DNA from: a virus
Lineage: Duplodnaviria > Caudoviricetes
Length of the DNA: 47,034 bases
Virus record (IMG/VR): IMGVR_UViG_3300035670_000361
Span: 1 to 47,034 of that record
Reading direction: 5' to 3' (one strand)
Numbering within the stretch: the first letter of the stretch is position 1; each line of letters starts with the position of its first letter. Shown here piece after piece: positions 9,192 to 18,042 of the stretch. A model generated the notes under the pieces. The model was not told the DNA's origin and searched no databases. It saw only the letters and a list, made by a program, of their open reading frames with translations. Position numbers and translations under genes: made by a program.

Positions 9192-10525
9192 AACATCAAC
9201 AATTCGCCCACCCTGCCGGTCCGCTTGAGATCAAGGATGTCACGGGTGGCTCTGGCGATGACATCAAATCGCCGGATACCATCGAGATCAAGAAAGGTCT
9301 CGACGCCTTCTCCAGGACCCTCGACGCCTTCATGAAGAAGACCGACGATGAATTGGCGGAGATCAAGAAGTCCACCGACGGCAAGACTGCCGACGCTGTG
9401 ACCCAGGCGGAGATGAAGAAACTCACCGACGCCCTTGACGAGCAGAAGAAACTGGTCGACTCGCTTCGCCTCGCGAACAATCGACCCCACCTGATGCTTG
9501 CCGACGGCACCAAGGCCCAGCTCACCGACGAACAGGTCGAGCACAAGACGGCCTTTGAGGGCTGGTTCCGCAAGGGCTCCGGTGAAGACGGACTGGGCGA
9601 ACTCCAGAAGAAGGCACTCTCGGTCGGCACGGATCCTGATGGCGGTTACACGGTTCCTGTCCAGATGGAAGCCACCATTGATCGGGTCATCACCGAGGTT
9701 TCGGAGATGCGCCAGATCTCCCGGGTCATCCAGGTCTCGACTGCTTCCTACAAGAAGCGCGTGTCCATGGGCGGCGCCTCCAGCGGCTGGGTCGGTGAGC
9801 AGTCGGCTCGCCCGAATACCAACACGCCGACCGTGGACGTTCTCGAGTTCCCGGTGATGGAACTCTACGCCAATCCCTCGGCAACCCAGTCCATCCTGGA
9901 TGACTCGGCGATCAGCATTGATCAATGGCTCGCCGACGAGGTGGCTCTTGAGTTCGCCCAGGAAGAAGGTGCAGCTTTCGTCAACGGCAACGGTGCGGCC
10001 AAGCCCCTCGGCTTCCTCCAAACCAGCAAACTCGCCAATGACAGCTGGGCCTGGGGCTCCCTCGGCTATATCGCCACGGGCGTCTCGGGCGGTTTTGCCG
10101 ACAGCTCGTCGGATCCGGGCGCCGAGACCACGAACATCGTGGATCTCGTTTATGCCCTGAAACCCGCCTTCCGCCGCAATGCTCGCTTCACCATGAACCG
10201 CAAGACGGTTTCGACCCTGATGAAGCTTCGCGACGCCGACGGCCGCCAGCTGTGGTCCTCGGGACTTCGCGAGGGTCAGCCCGACAGGCTGATGGGTTAT
10301 CCGATCCATGAAATGGAGGACATGCCCGATATCGGCGCTGACTCCTATTCCGTGGCCTTCGGTGATTTCAGCCGCGGCTACATCATCGTTGACCGGATCG
10401 GCATCCGGGTTCTCAGGGACCCCTTCTCGGCGAAGCCCTACGTCCAGTTCTACACGACGAAGCGCACGGGCGGCGGCATCGGTCACTACGAGGCCATCAA
10501 GCTGCTGAAGTTCGGCACCTCGTGA
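9188..10525 (+). CDS. Major capsid protein (HK97 fold with delta domain, GTA g5-like)
   Basis: Coiled-coil N-terminus, DGGYTVP, ELYANPSATQ, FGDF, RDPFSAKPYVQFYTTKR. Confidence 0.97.
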   Translation: MKHQQFAHPAGPLEIKDVTGGSGDDIKSPDTIEIKKGLDAFSRTLDAFMKKTDDELAEIKKSTDGKTADAVTQAEMKKLTDALDEQKKLVDSLRLANNRPHLMLADGTKAQLTDEQVEHKTAFEGWFRKGSGEDGLGELQKKALSVGTDPDGGYTVPVQMEATIDRVITEVSEMRQISRVIQVSTASYKKRVSMGGASSGWVGEQSARPNTNTPTVDVLEFPVMELYANPSATQSILDDSAISIDQWLADEVALEFAQEEGAAFVNGNGAAKPLGFLQTSKLANDSWAWGSLGYIATGVSGGFADSSSDPGAETTNIVDLVYALKPAFRRNARFTMNRKTVSTLMKLRDADGRQLWSSGLREGQPDRLMGYPIHEMEDMPDIGADSYSVAFGDFSRGYIIVDRIGIRVLRDPFSAKPYVQFYTTKRTGGGIGHYEAIKLLKFGTS

Positions 10526-10535
10526 TCCTTATGGG

Positions 10536-10555
10536 ATGAGGCCTTCGGGCCTCAT
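10536..10555 (+). terminator. Stem-loop after the capsid gene (mRNA stabiliser or weak terminator)
   Basis: ATGAGGCC-TTCG-GGCCTCAT perfect stem with cUUCGg loop; no good U-tract. Confidence 0.55.
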
Positions 10556-10596
10556 TCATCTCTCTCATCCGTAACCGTTCGCCAAAGGAGATACCC

Positions 10597-11022
10597 ATGA
10601 AACGGGACCTTATGAACAACATCCATCCGGTGGTCGCGATTGCCCCCGTGGTGGTCACTGACGGCACTGCCCAGAAATCGGCTGCCATCGACGTTCGCAA
10701 ATACAAGTCCGTCACCTTCATCATCCTGCTCGGGACTCTGGCTGACGCCGATGCCACCTGGGCGGTCACGGTCAAGGAAGGCTCGGACTCGACCCAGACC
10801 AACCACACTGCAGTCGCTGATACCGACCTGATCGGAACCGAGGCGCTGGCCGGCTTCACCTTCGCTGATGATGGGGAGGCCCGCAAAATCGGCTACAAGG
10901 GCTCGGCGGACTACGTGTCCATCGAGATCGACGATGTAACGGCCAACTCGGGCAATGCCCCGATGGCTGTTCTGTGCATCCTCGAGCCGTACCAGCTGCC
11001 GACTGCCAACCCGCCGGCGTGA
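10597..11022 (+). CDS. Putative capsid decoration protein
   Basis: Beta-rich, AAGGAG RBS, directly after MCP. Confidence 0.6.
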   Translation: MKRDLMNNIHPVVAIAPVVVTDGTAQKSAAIDVRKYKSVTFIILLGTLADADATWAVTVKEGSDSTQTNHTAVADTDLIGTEALAGFTFADDGEARKIGYKGSADYVSIEIDDVTANSGNAPMAVLCILEPYQLPTANPPA

Positions 11023-11108
11023 TCCTCGTTCACCCGTCGGGGGCGGCCAGTTCTATTCTCCCCAGGGGCTGGCCGCTTCCTTCCCTATAAGGTCCACAGG
11101 AGCTTGTC

Positions 11109-11768
11109 ATGACTCTCTCAAACCGACGCACTACCGATCCCGCAGTCGAGGTGGTTACGGTCGATGAGATGGACGTTTATCTCAGAGGTGACGGGGTTCT
11201 TGAGTCGGTCGACGGCGAACTGCTGACCTCGCTCATTACTGCAGCTCGAGAGTATGTGGAAGAATTCACCCGGCGCGCACTCATTACGCAAACCTGGACC
11301 ATGTTCATGGATACTTTCCCCCGGACGCAGAACCCACTGGGATGGTGGGATGGTGTTCGGGAAGGTTCTATTACGCAGGGAGATCTGCGCTCTTTCGAGC
11401 TGCCCATTGGACCCCTGCAATCGGTCACATCCATCTCAACCTTTGCCGACAACAATGCGGAAACCACGTTCGCGGCCTCGAACTACTTCTTGGATACGAC
11501 GAAGACGCCGGGGGAGGTGATCCTCAACACTGGTGCAACGTGGCCCGTATTCACCCGCAATCGAAACGGCGTCAAGGTGGTATACGTGGCGGGCTATGGC
11601 GATGTCGCAACAGATGTCCCTTCCCCGCTCCGGACTGCCGTCAAGATGCTCGCCGCCCACTGGTATGAGAATAGGGAGTTTACAAAGACTCAATCCGACA
11701 TGAACCAGGCCGCCTCTCCCATTCATGTTCAGTCCATCCTGAACCGCTACAAGGTCATGAAGCTATGA
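11109..11768 (+). CDS. Head-tail connector (GTA g6/HK97 gp6-like)
   Basis: LITAAREYVE..TRRALITQTW, AGYG...VPSPLRTAVKMLAAHWYENRE. Confidence 0.93.
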   Translation: MTLSNRRTTDPAVEVVTVDEMDVYLRGDGVLESVDGELLTSLITAAREYVEEFTRRALITQTWTMFMDTFPRTQNPLGWWDGVREGSITQGDLRSFELPIGPLQSVTSISTFADNNAETTFAASNYFLDTTKTPGEVILNTGATWPVFTRNRNGVKVVYVAGYGDVATDVPSPLRTAVKMLAAHWYENREFTKTQSDMNQAASPIHVQSILNRYKVMKL

Positions 11769-12118
11769 CGAAGAACCGGCTATTTGATATCGGCAAGCTT
11801 CGCCACCGCGTCTCCCTGTACGCCATCACCAGAACGGATGATGGCTCTGGTGGTTTTGATAGAGCGGACCCGAGCGGCCTGACAAAGATCCAGGACTACT
11901 GGGCGAGGCTTGACCCAGTGACCGGTCGTGAGCGCCAGTGGGGGGAGCAATTCACCGAGGTGACCACTCACAAGTGCTGGCTCCGATACAATACGCTGGT
12001 GAAGCCCGGGATGATCCTTCGCTTTCGGGATGTCGACTACTATGTCGAGCAGGTCTACGATCCCAACAATCTTCAGGAGTTTCTGTTCCTGACTCTGAGA
12101 GAAGGGGGGCCCCTCTGA
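11765..12118 (+). CDS. Head closure/stopper (SPP1 gp16-like)
   Basis: IGKLRHRV, DDGSGG, WARL.P..GRE. Confidence 0.88.
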   Translation: MTKNRLFDIGKLRHRVSLYAITRTDDGSGGFDRADPSGLTKIQDYWARLDPVTGRERQWGEQFTEVTTHKCWLRYNTLVKPGMILRFRDVDYYVEQVYDPNNLQEFLFLTLREGGPL

Positions 12119-12555
12119 TGCCTTCCATCACCGTTAGGGTTCGTAACCTATCCTCCCTTCAAGCCAAAGTGAAGAAGCTCGACTGGGATATACAGGCAGC
12201 CGTAATAAGAGCTCTTAGGGGTGTGGCTGATCCTATGGAGCAAGATGTCAAACGCGAGCTCCGGAAAACCAAGTCCGGTCCAATCGTCACTCGATCCAAT
12301 CCCTCGAGGAAAGTGAGAACGTCCCGTCCTTATGAAGCTCCGGCCGAAGACATGGCGATGTTGGTCAACTCCGTTGATACGGACGTGGATCCGGCTCAGT
12401 TCAACCTCACCCTATCCGCTTCAGCCCCCTATGCCAGGGAGCTAGAGTACGGAACTCGTAAGATGCTTCCCCGGCCTTTCCTTAGACCCGCTCTGGCTCG
12501 CTGGAGGGAGAGGATCATCAATGCAATCCGTGCCGCCATCAAGGGAGCTCTGTGA
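12118..12555 (+). CDS. HK97 gp10-like neck/tail protein
   Basis: YARELEYGTRKMLPRPFLRPA; TGATG overlap gives start 12118. Confidence 0.88.
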   Translation: MPSITVRVRNLSSLQAKVKKLDWDIQAAVIRALRGVADPMEQDVKRELRKTKSGPIVTRSNPSRKVRTSRPYEAPAEDMAMLVNSVDTDVDPAQFNLTLSASAPYARELEYGTRKMLPRPFLRPALARWRERIINAIRAAIKGAL

Positions 12556-12959
12556 TGTCTGAAGACGCAAGTGCAGAACTCCTAAGAGTCCACATCGAGG
12601 CGCTGAGGGCTGACGCAACCCTTCAGGCTTCTGTGGGAACCCGTGTCTACGACTATATACCCCGCGAGACTGCCTATCCTTATGTGGTTTACCATATCAC
12701 TGAGAGTGATGACTGGGACACTACTACGGACAATGGCGAAGAGCATTCAGTGTATGTCCATGTCTGGGACGACAAGGAAGGCTCCAAGCGGGCCCGCAAG
12801 ATCATGCAGCGGATCTATGAGCTGCTCCATGATGTCACTGCGTATACCTTGACCGATCACACTCTGGTGAACTGCCGGCGCGTGAGTCGGACAATGGAAC
12901 GTGAGGGACAACTTTACCATGGCATCGGGCTGTTCCGTGCCGTAACAGAGGAGGCCTAG
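12552..12959 (+). CDS. Tail terminator (DUF3168, GTA g8-like)
   Basis: RVYDYIP...YPYV, DW...GEEH...HVW, HG...FRAVTE. Confidence 0.9.
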   Translation: MMSEDASAELLRVHIEALRADATLQASVGTRVYDYIPRETAYPYVVYHITESDDWDTTTDNGEEHSVYVHVWDDKEGSKRARKIMQRIYELLHDVTAYTLTDHTLVNCRRVSRTMEREGQLYHGIGLFRAVTEEA

Positions 12960-12961
12960 AC

Positions 12962-13375
12962 ATGGCTGCACAAAAGGGTAGCGATATCCTTATCAAGGTG
13001 GACTCGAACGGCGCTGGATCGTTCGTCACAGTCGGTGGGATGCGCTCGAAGACCATCTCGCTGAATGCCGAGACTGTGGATGTGTCCGACTCGGACTCGA
13101 CCAACAAATGGCGTGAACTGCTTGCCAATGCCGGCATGAAGTCCGCGACCATCACGGGCTCGGGCGTGTTCAAGGACAGCGCCGGTGAGGAGGACGTCCG
13201 CGGCTACTTCTTCACCCAAGCCATCCAGGACTACCAGTTCATCATCCCCGACTTCGGTACCATCGAAGGGGCCTTCCAGGTGACCGCCATCGACTATGCT
13301 GGCGAATACAATGGTGAAGCCACCTACTCGATGACCTTCGAGTCCGGCGGCGAACTGACCTGGACTGCCATCTAA
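12962..13375 (+). CDS. Major tail tube protein (GTA g9-like)
   Basis: MAAQKGSDILIK, WRELL, IPDFG.IEG.F, GEYNGEATY. Confidence 0.95.
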   Translation: MAAQKGSDILIKVDSNGAGSFVTVGGMRSKTISLNAETVDVSDSDSTNKWRELLANAGMKSATITGSGVFKDSAGEEDVRGYFFTQAIQDYQFIIPDFGTIEGAFQVTAIDYAGEYNGEATYSMTFESGGELTWTAI

Positions 13376-13388
13376 GGAGGATGAATAT

Positions 13389-13745
13389 ATGGCGGCTCTG
13401 ACTCTACAAACCATTGACATTAACGGTATCGTTCCGGCCTATGCTGCGGTGAACGCTTCGGATACCGTTAAGGTCAATACGGCCCAGAGGAACTTTCTGC
13501 ATGTCAAGAACGGCGGCGGCGGGTCCATCAACGTCACCTTGGTCGCGGTCAAGACCACTGCCAAAGTGCCGGGGGTCGGCGTGGTTACCATCGGTGATGA
13601 GGTTATTGCCGTGACCTCGGGATCCGAGAAGATCATCGGCCCCTTCCCCGAGGCCTTCATGGATACGGACGGTACCGTGACCATCAACTATTCGGGTACT
13701 ACCAGCGTCACCGCGGGCGTCTTCTCGCTCCCGGCGGCATATTGA
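13389..13745 (+). CDS. Small beta-rich virion protein of unknown role
   Basis: Strong TAAGGAGG RBS; lies between tail tube and chaperone genes. Confidence 0.65.
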   Translation: MAALTLQTIDINGIVPAYAAVNASDTVKVNTAQRNFLHVKNGGGGSINVTLVAVKTTAKVPGVGVVTIGDEVIAVTSGSEKIIGPFPEAFMDTDGTVTINYSGTTSVTAGVFSLPAAY

Positions 13746-13771
13746 AACCACAGGTCTTAGGAGAATGGACC

Positions 13772-14122
13772 ATGACTGCTATTGCCAATCGTCAACGAGG
13801 GGAAGTCTCGATCAAGGGCCCTGAGGATACGGAGTATAAGCTCTGTCTGACCCTCGGGGCCATTGCTCAGATTGAGGAAGGGCTCGGGATCGAGAGCCTG
13901 ACCGAGATCGAAACCGTGATGAAGAAAACTCGGATGAGAGACGTCCTGACGATCTTTATCGCCTTGCTTCACGGAGGCGGCCATACTGACATCACCCAAA
14001 AAGACATGATCCGCTGGGATGTGGATCTTCCCGAAGTGATGGATGCGATTGCTCGATGCTTCGCGGCCGCGGGTTTCGGCGATGAGAAGAAAGACGGAGC
14101 GGGCGAAGAGTCGGGAAAGTAG
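13772..14122 (+). CDS. Tail assembly chaperone (GTA g10-like)
   Basis: ANRQRGEV...LCLTLGAIAQIE; GGAGA RBS. Confidence 0.9.
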   Translation: MTAIANRQRGEVSIKGPEDTEYKLCLTLGAIAQIEEGLGIESLTEIETVMKKTRMRDVLTIFIALLHGGGHTDITQKDMIRWDVDLPEVMDAIARCFAAAGFGDEKKDGAGEESGK

Positions 14123-14331
14123 GAGGCAATCGGTCGACGCCATGGGAATACTGGATGAAGATCGCCTTCGGGCACATCCACTATACTCCTCAGGTCTTTT
14201 GGGGGATGAGCTTGCGGGAATGGCAGGCCGCCCTCAAAGGATACATCCAAAAGGAGTACGGCGATTTTCAGACCCCCATGACATCTTCTCGGTTGCGAGA
14301 ATTGGCAAAGGAGTATCCTGATGATCGGTAG
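14113..14331 (+). CDS. -1 frameshift extension of the chaperone (GTA g10.1 / lambda gpT-like)
   Basis: G GGA AAG slippery site at 14113-14119 just before the stop; the -1 frame reads PWEYWMKIAFG...PQVFWGMSLREW...RLRELAKEYPD. Confidence 0.85.
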   Translation, partial: GKVGGNRSTPWEYWMKIAFGHIHYTPQVFWGMSLREWQAALKGYIQKEYGDFQTPMTSSRLRELAKEYPDDR

Positions 14332-16090
14332 GTTGATAGAGAGACTCTTCGTCCAGGTTAGGGCGGATATGACCGATCTGTCTCGGGACCTCTCCCAAGG
14401 TGTGGCTCAGACCCGAGCAGCCACCAATGCCATGGGGCTATCCTGGGATCAGGTGAATAGCCATGTACAACTGCTCAACCAGAAACTGAGCCAAGGCAAG
14501 ATAGTCCAGGCTCAGTATACATCGGAGATGAACCGACTCGCCTCGTCAATGAAAGTGGTGGCGGGGTCCTATAGATCGGCTCAGAAGGAGGTCTGGGGGT
14601 ATGCTAAGGCAGCTCAAGTTGCCTCCAGAGTGAAGCCCATCCCCGTTCAGCCTATGAGGCTCTTTGCTCGTTCGGCTGGTCAAGCCAGAATGCAGATGAT
14701 GAACCTCGGTTATCAGTTGAATGATATCGGCATGACTCTCGCCACCGGTATGAACCCGATGACCGTGATGATCCAACAGGGCTCCCAGATCGCTCAGATC
14801 TACGGTGGACAGGGCGGTGTTCGAATGGCTCTCTCTGACATGGGCAGTCTACTCGGGGGCCTAGCTAAGAGGGCCTGGCCCATCGCTTTGATAGCTGCGG
14901 CCTTTGCTGGTCTCCGGCATGAGATAAACAAGACCTCCGAAACTCAAGTATCTATGGGAGACACTATCAAAGCCGTATTCCAAGTCATTGGCTCGGCGAT
15001 TATGGAAAAGCTCCAACCCGCTATTGACTGGATTGCTCCCTATTTCCAGAAGGCCTGGGATATGGTTGTAGCTTCAGTCAAATGGGTGGGTAATACCCTA
15101 ATCAATTCCATCAGAGTTGCGGTCGCTGGGATCGGGGCAGCTGTGGGAGGCATACCGGGCATCTTCAAGAATGCTTTCTGGTCCGGAGTTGCCCTGGCTA
15201 TGGAAGCCTTGTACAAGCTGGGCTCCAGCGTAGAGAAAATGATGGGCGGCATAGCGAAGGCTATGAATACGGTATTTAGGACTAGTCTAGATGAGAACCC
15301 CGTATATGATTGGGTCTCTAGTCTCGAGTTCTATCGGTACTCAGCTCAGAAGGCAGCGGATGAAACCAAGGGACTTGGCGAAGCCATGTCAGACTTCGGT
15401 GCCACCGCTTCCGAGATCTGGAATTCCGATCCAATGGGCGAGTTCTTCACCGCTGTGAAAGACCAGGCAGTCCAGAATGCCCTGAAACGAACGGCTGATG
15501 GTATGGAGGATATTGGTAACAAAGCGGCTGGTACAGCGGAGAAGACCAAAGAAGCGATGGATCAAGTGGCTGAGTCTGTGGGCAAGGCCGCTGACAATTT
15601 TGCCAATATCTTTACCTCGGCCTTTGACCGACTGGTGGAGACTGGCAAATTCTCCTTCAGCGATCTGATCCAAAGTATCAACAAGATGCTCCTTCAGTTC
15701 GCCTCCGGTGCCTTCAGCCAGGCCATGAACGGCTTGTTCCGATCAATCGTAGGAAGCGGGTCCGGTGGCTTTGGAGGGCTGCTCACTGGTCTCTTCGGAG
15801 GCTTTGGGGGTAACCTCGGCTTCAATGCCCGAGGGGGCATAAGGATGCCCTGGGAGAACTTTATTGCGGGCGAGGAAGGGGCTGAGCTTATCAGCCAAGA
15901 TGGCCCTTCCGGTGCCCGTAGGATTAAGACTGCCGGTCAAACCCGTCATGCCATGAAGAACTCGGGTAGGATGGGCCCACAGATCACCATGATCATCCAG
16001 ACTCCGGATGCTGAGAGCTTCCGCAAATCCCAGTCCCAAGTGGCTTCTCAGATGGGTCGATTGATCGCTAAAGGACAAAGGAACCAGTGA
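14321..16090 (+). CDS. Tape measure protein
   Basis: NLGYQLNDI...QQGSQI motif, Ala-rich helical, GTA-like C-terminus TPDAESFRKSQSQ. Confidence 0.93.
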   Translation: MIGRLIERLFVQVRADMTDLSRDLSQGVAQTRAATNAMGLSWDQVNSHVQLLNQKLSQGKIVQAQYTSEMNRLASSMKVVAGSYRSAQKEVWGYAKAAQVASRVKPIPVQPMRLFARSAGQARMQMMNLGYQLNDIGMTLATGMNPMTVMIQQGSQIAQIYGGQGGVRMALSDMGSLLGGLAKRAWPIALIAAAFAGLRHEINKTSETQVSMGDTIKAVFQVIGSAIMEKLQPAIDWIAPYFQKAWDMVVASVKWVGNTLINSIRVAVAGIGAAVGGIPGIFKNAFWSGVALAMEALYKLGSSVEKMMGGIAKAMNTVFRTSLDENPVYDWVSSLEFYRYSAQKAADETKGLGEAMSDFGATASEIWNSDPMGEFFTAVKDQAVQNALKRTADGMEDIGNKAAGTAEKTKEAMDQVAESVGKAADNFANIFTSAFDRLVETGKFSFSDLIQSINKMLLQFASGAFSQAMNGLFRSIVGSGSGGFGGLLTGLFGGFGGNLGFNARGGIRMPWENFIAGEEGAELISQDGPSGARRIKTAGQTRHAMKNSGRMGPQITMIIQTPDAESFRKSQSQVASQMGRLIAKGQRNQ

Positions 16091-16716
16091 TGGCCTTTCA
16101 TGAAGTACTCTTTCCCACCGATATCTCGTTTGGCTCTCGAGGCGGTCCCAAGCGAAAGACCATCATCTCGGTTTCGGGATCGGGCCACGAGCATCGGAAT
16201 TCCCAGTGGGCCGACTCGAAGCGAGAGTACAACGCGGGCTATGGCATCAAGAGCATTGATGACATCCACACTATCGTGGCCTTTTTCGAAGAGCGGCGTG
16301 GGATGCTTCACGGCTTCCTGTGGAAAGACAAGTTCGATTACAAGTCCTGCGCCCCCACGGAGACTCCAGCCTTTGATGATATGGAGATCGGGACAGGGGA
16401 CGGGGTTGAGACCCAGTTTCAACTCAAGAAGATCTACGGGTCCGTCTACTCGCCTTATTCTAGGGACATCAAGAAGCCTGTCGCCGGCACGGTCCTTATA
16501 GGGGTCAATAACGTGGCAGTCGGAACAGGGTGGACCGTGAATACTACCACTGGGGTCGTGACTTTCGATGTGGCTCCTACCAACGGTCATCTTATCACCG
16601 CCGGCTTCCAATTCTATGTTCCCGTGAGATTTGACACGGACTACCTTCAGATTGACCTTGAAGCCTTTGACGCTGGCGGTATCCAGGATATCCCAGTGGT
16701 GGAGATCCGAGTATGA
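16087..16716 (+). CDS. Distal tail protein (DUF2460, GTA g12-like)
   Basis: FHEVLFP...GGPKR.T, FFEERRG.L.GF, VPVRFDTD. Confidence 0.95.
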   Translation: MMAFHEVLFPTDISFGSRGGPKRKTIISVSGSGHEHRNSQWADSKREYNAGYGIKSIDDIHTIVAFFEERRGMLHGFLWKDKFDYKSCAPTETPAFDDMEIGTGDGVETQFQLKKIYGSVYSPYSRDIKKPVAGTVLIGVNNVAVGTGWTVNTTTGVVTFDVAPTNGHLITAGFQFYVPVRFDTDYLQIDLEAFDAGGIQDIPVVEIRV

Positions 16717-17621
16717 GAACCGATATTCCCGCAGCCCTACAAACTCACCTAGAGACTCGAGAAACCACACTGTGCTGGTGCTGGAAGGTTACTCGAGTGG
16801 ATGGCCCCGTTCTGGGTTTCACCAACCATGATCGGGACCTGACCTTTGGCGGTACCACCTACGAGGCTTCGACCGGTTTCCTTGGTACTGAGATTGAGTC
16901 CCAACTCGGCATGGCTGTGGATAACATGGATGTCTATGGCGCAGTCGACTCGGTCAAGTTGAAGGAAGCCGATATCGAAGCGGGTCGATATGACAGTGCC
17001 GACATTGAGGTCTACCTGGTCAACTGGGCTGATGTCACTCAGCGGGTCATCATGAAGAAGGGCACCCTGGGCGAAGTCAAGCGTGGGAAGGTTATGTTCC
17101 AGACCGAAGTTCGAGGCATCTCCCATCAGCTTCAGAATGTCAAGGGGCGTCTTTACCAGTATGCTTGCGATGCTCTTCTGGGGGATACTCGTTGTGGCAA
17201 GGACATCTCAGGGGCAACCTATACCAAGACCGGGGCAGTGGTGGGCAGTACCAATGGCTATTCTACTCTGACCACGACGAGTCTGGGGTCCTACTCTCAA
17301 GGATGGTTTGGTAAGGGGAGACTCACTTTCACGTCAGGGGCCAATCTAGGTATCTCCCGGGAGGTAAAGTCCCATTTCAACACAGGCTCCATCTCCAGCA
17401 TCAGTCTATGGGAGCCCACGCCGTTCGAGATACAACCGGCTGATACCTTTACCATAGTGGCTGGTTGTGACAAGACCTTCAAGACTTGCAAGGCTAAGTT
17501 TGCCAATGCAGTCAACTTTCGCGGGTTCCCCCATATCCCAGGAAGCAATACGGTTATCATGTATGCCAATACGGGCGACCCCAATTTTGATGGTGGAGGG
17601 AACTTTGTCGGTAAGGACTGA
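16713..17621 (+). CDS. Baseplate hub (DUF2163, GTA g13-like)
   Basis: GFTNHDRDL, CDA.LGD.RC, AGCDK...C...NFRGFPHIPG. Confidence 0.95.
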   Translation: MRTDIPAALQTHLETRETTLCWCWKVTRVDGPVLGFTNHDRDLTFGGTTYEASTGFLGTEIESQLGMAVDNMDVYGAVDSVKLKEADIEAGRYDSADIEVYLVNWADVTQRVIMKKGTLGEVKRGKVMFQTEVRGISHQLQNVKGRLYQYACDALLGDTRCGKDISGATYTKTGAVVGSTNGYSTLTTTSLGSYSQGWFGKGRLTFTSGANLGISREVKSHFNTGSISSISLWEPTPFEIQPADTFTIVAGCDKTFKTCKAKFANAVNFRGFPHIPGSNTVIMYANTGDPNFDGGGNFVGKD

Positions 17622-18042
17622 GGACATTGTAAGGATTGCCCGCAGCTGGCTGGGAACTCCCTATCATCACCAGGCATCACTTAAAGGAGTCGGCACTGAT
17701 TGTGTCGGCCTTGTTCGTGGGATCTATCGAGAATTGTACAATGTGGAACCCCCCGAATTGATCAATTATTCGGCTGACTGGGGTGACAGCAATGGCAATG
17801 AGGATATGGTCATTGCTGCTTACAAATACCTGGAGCCAGTACCCCTGGATCAACTGGGCCCCGGTCATGTCGTGATGGTGAGGTGGAAGGAAGGCCGCGT
17901 GGCCAAGCACAGCATGATCATGACTGGCAGCCGGTCGGCTATACATGCCTACAACCGATCCCCAGTCACTGAGATTACCCTAAACGATTGGTGGATGGCT
18001 CGAATTGTCCACGGCTTTTCGTTTCCCGAGGAGGTCAAATAG
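17605..18042 (+). CDS. NlpC/P60 tail peptidase (GTA g14-like)
   Basis: ARSWLGTPYHHQAS..GVG.DC.GLVRG; start inferred at TTG17605. Confidence 0.92.
   Translation: MSVRTEDIVRIARSWLGTPYHHQASLKGVGTDCVGLVRGIYRELYNVEPPELINYSADWGDSNGNEDMVIAAYKYLEPVPLDQLGPGHVVMVRWKEGRVAKHSMIMTGSRSAIHAYNRSPVTEITLNDWWMARIVHGFSFPEEVK

Noticed and set aside
9155-10486. 443-aa antisense ORF opposite the capsid gene
   Set aside because: Shadow ORF from codon bias of a highly expressed gene; no motifs or RBS
14043-14321. 92-aa ORF-track candidate for the second chaperone
   Set aside because: Wrong frame; the recognisable g10.1-like sequence is in the -1 frame ending at 14331
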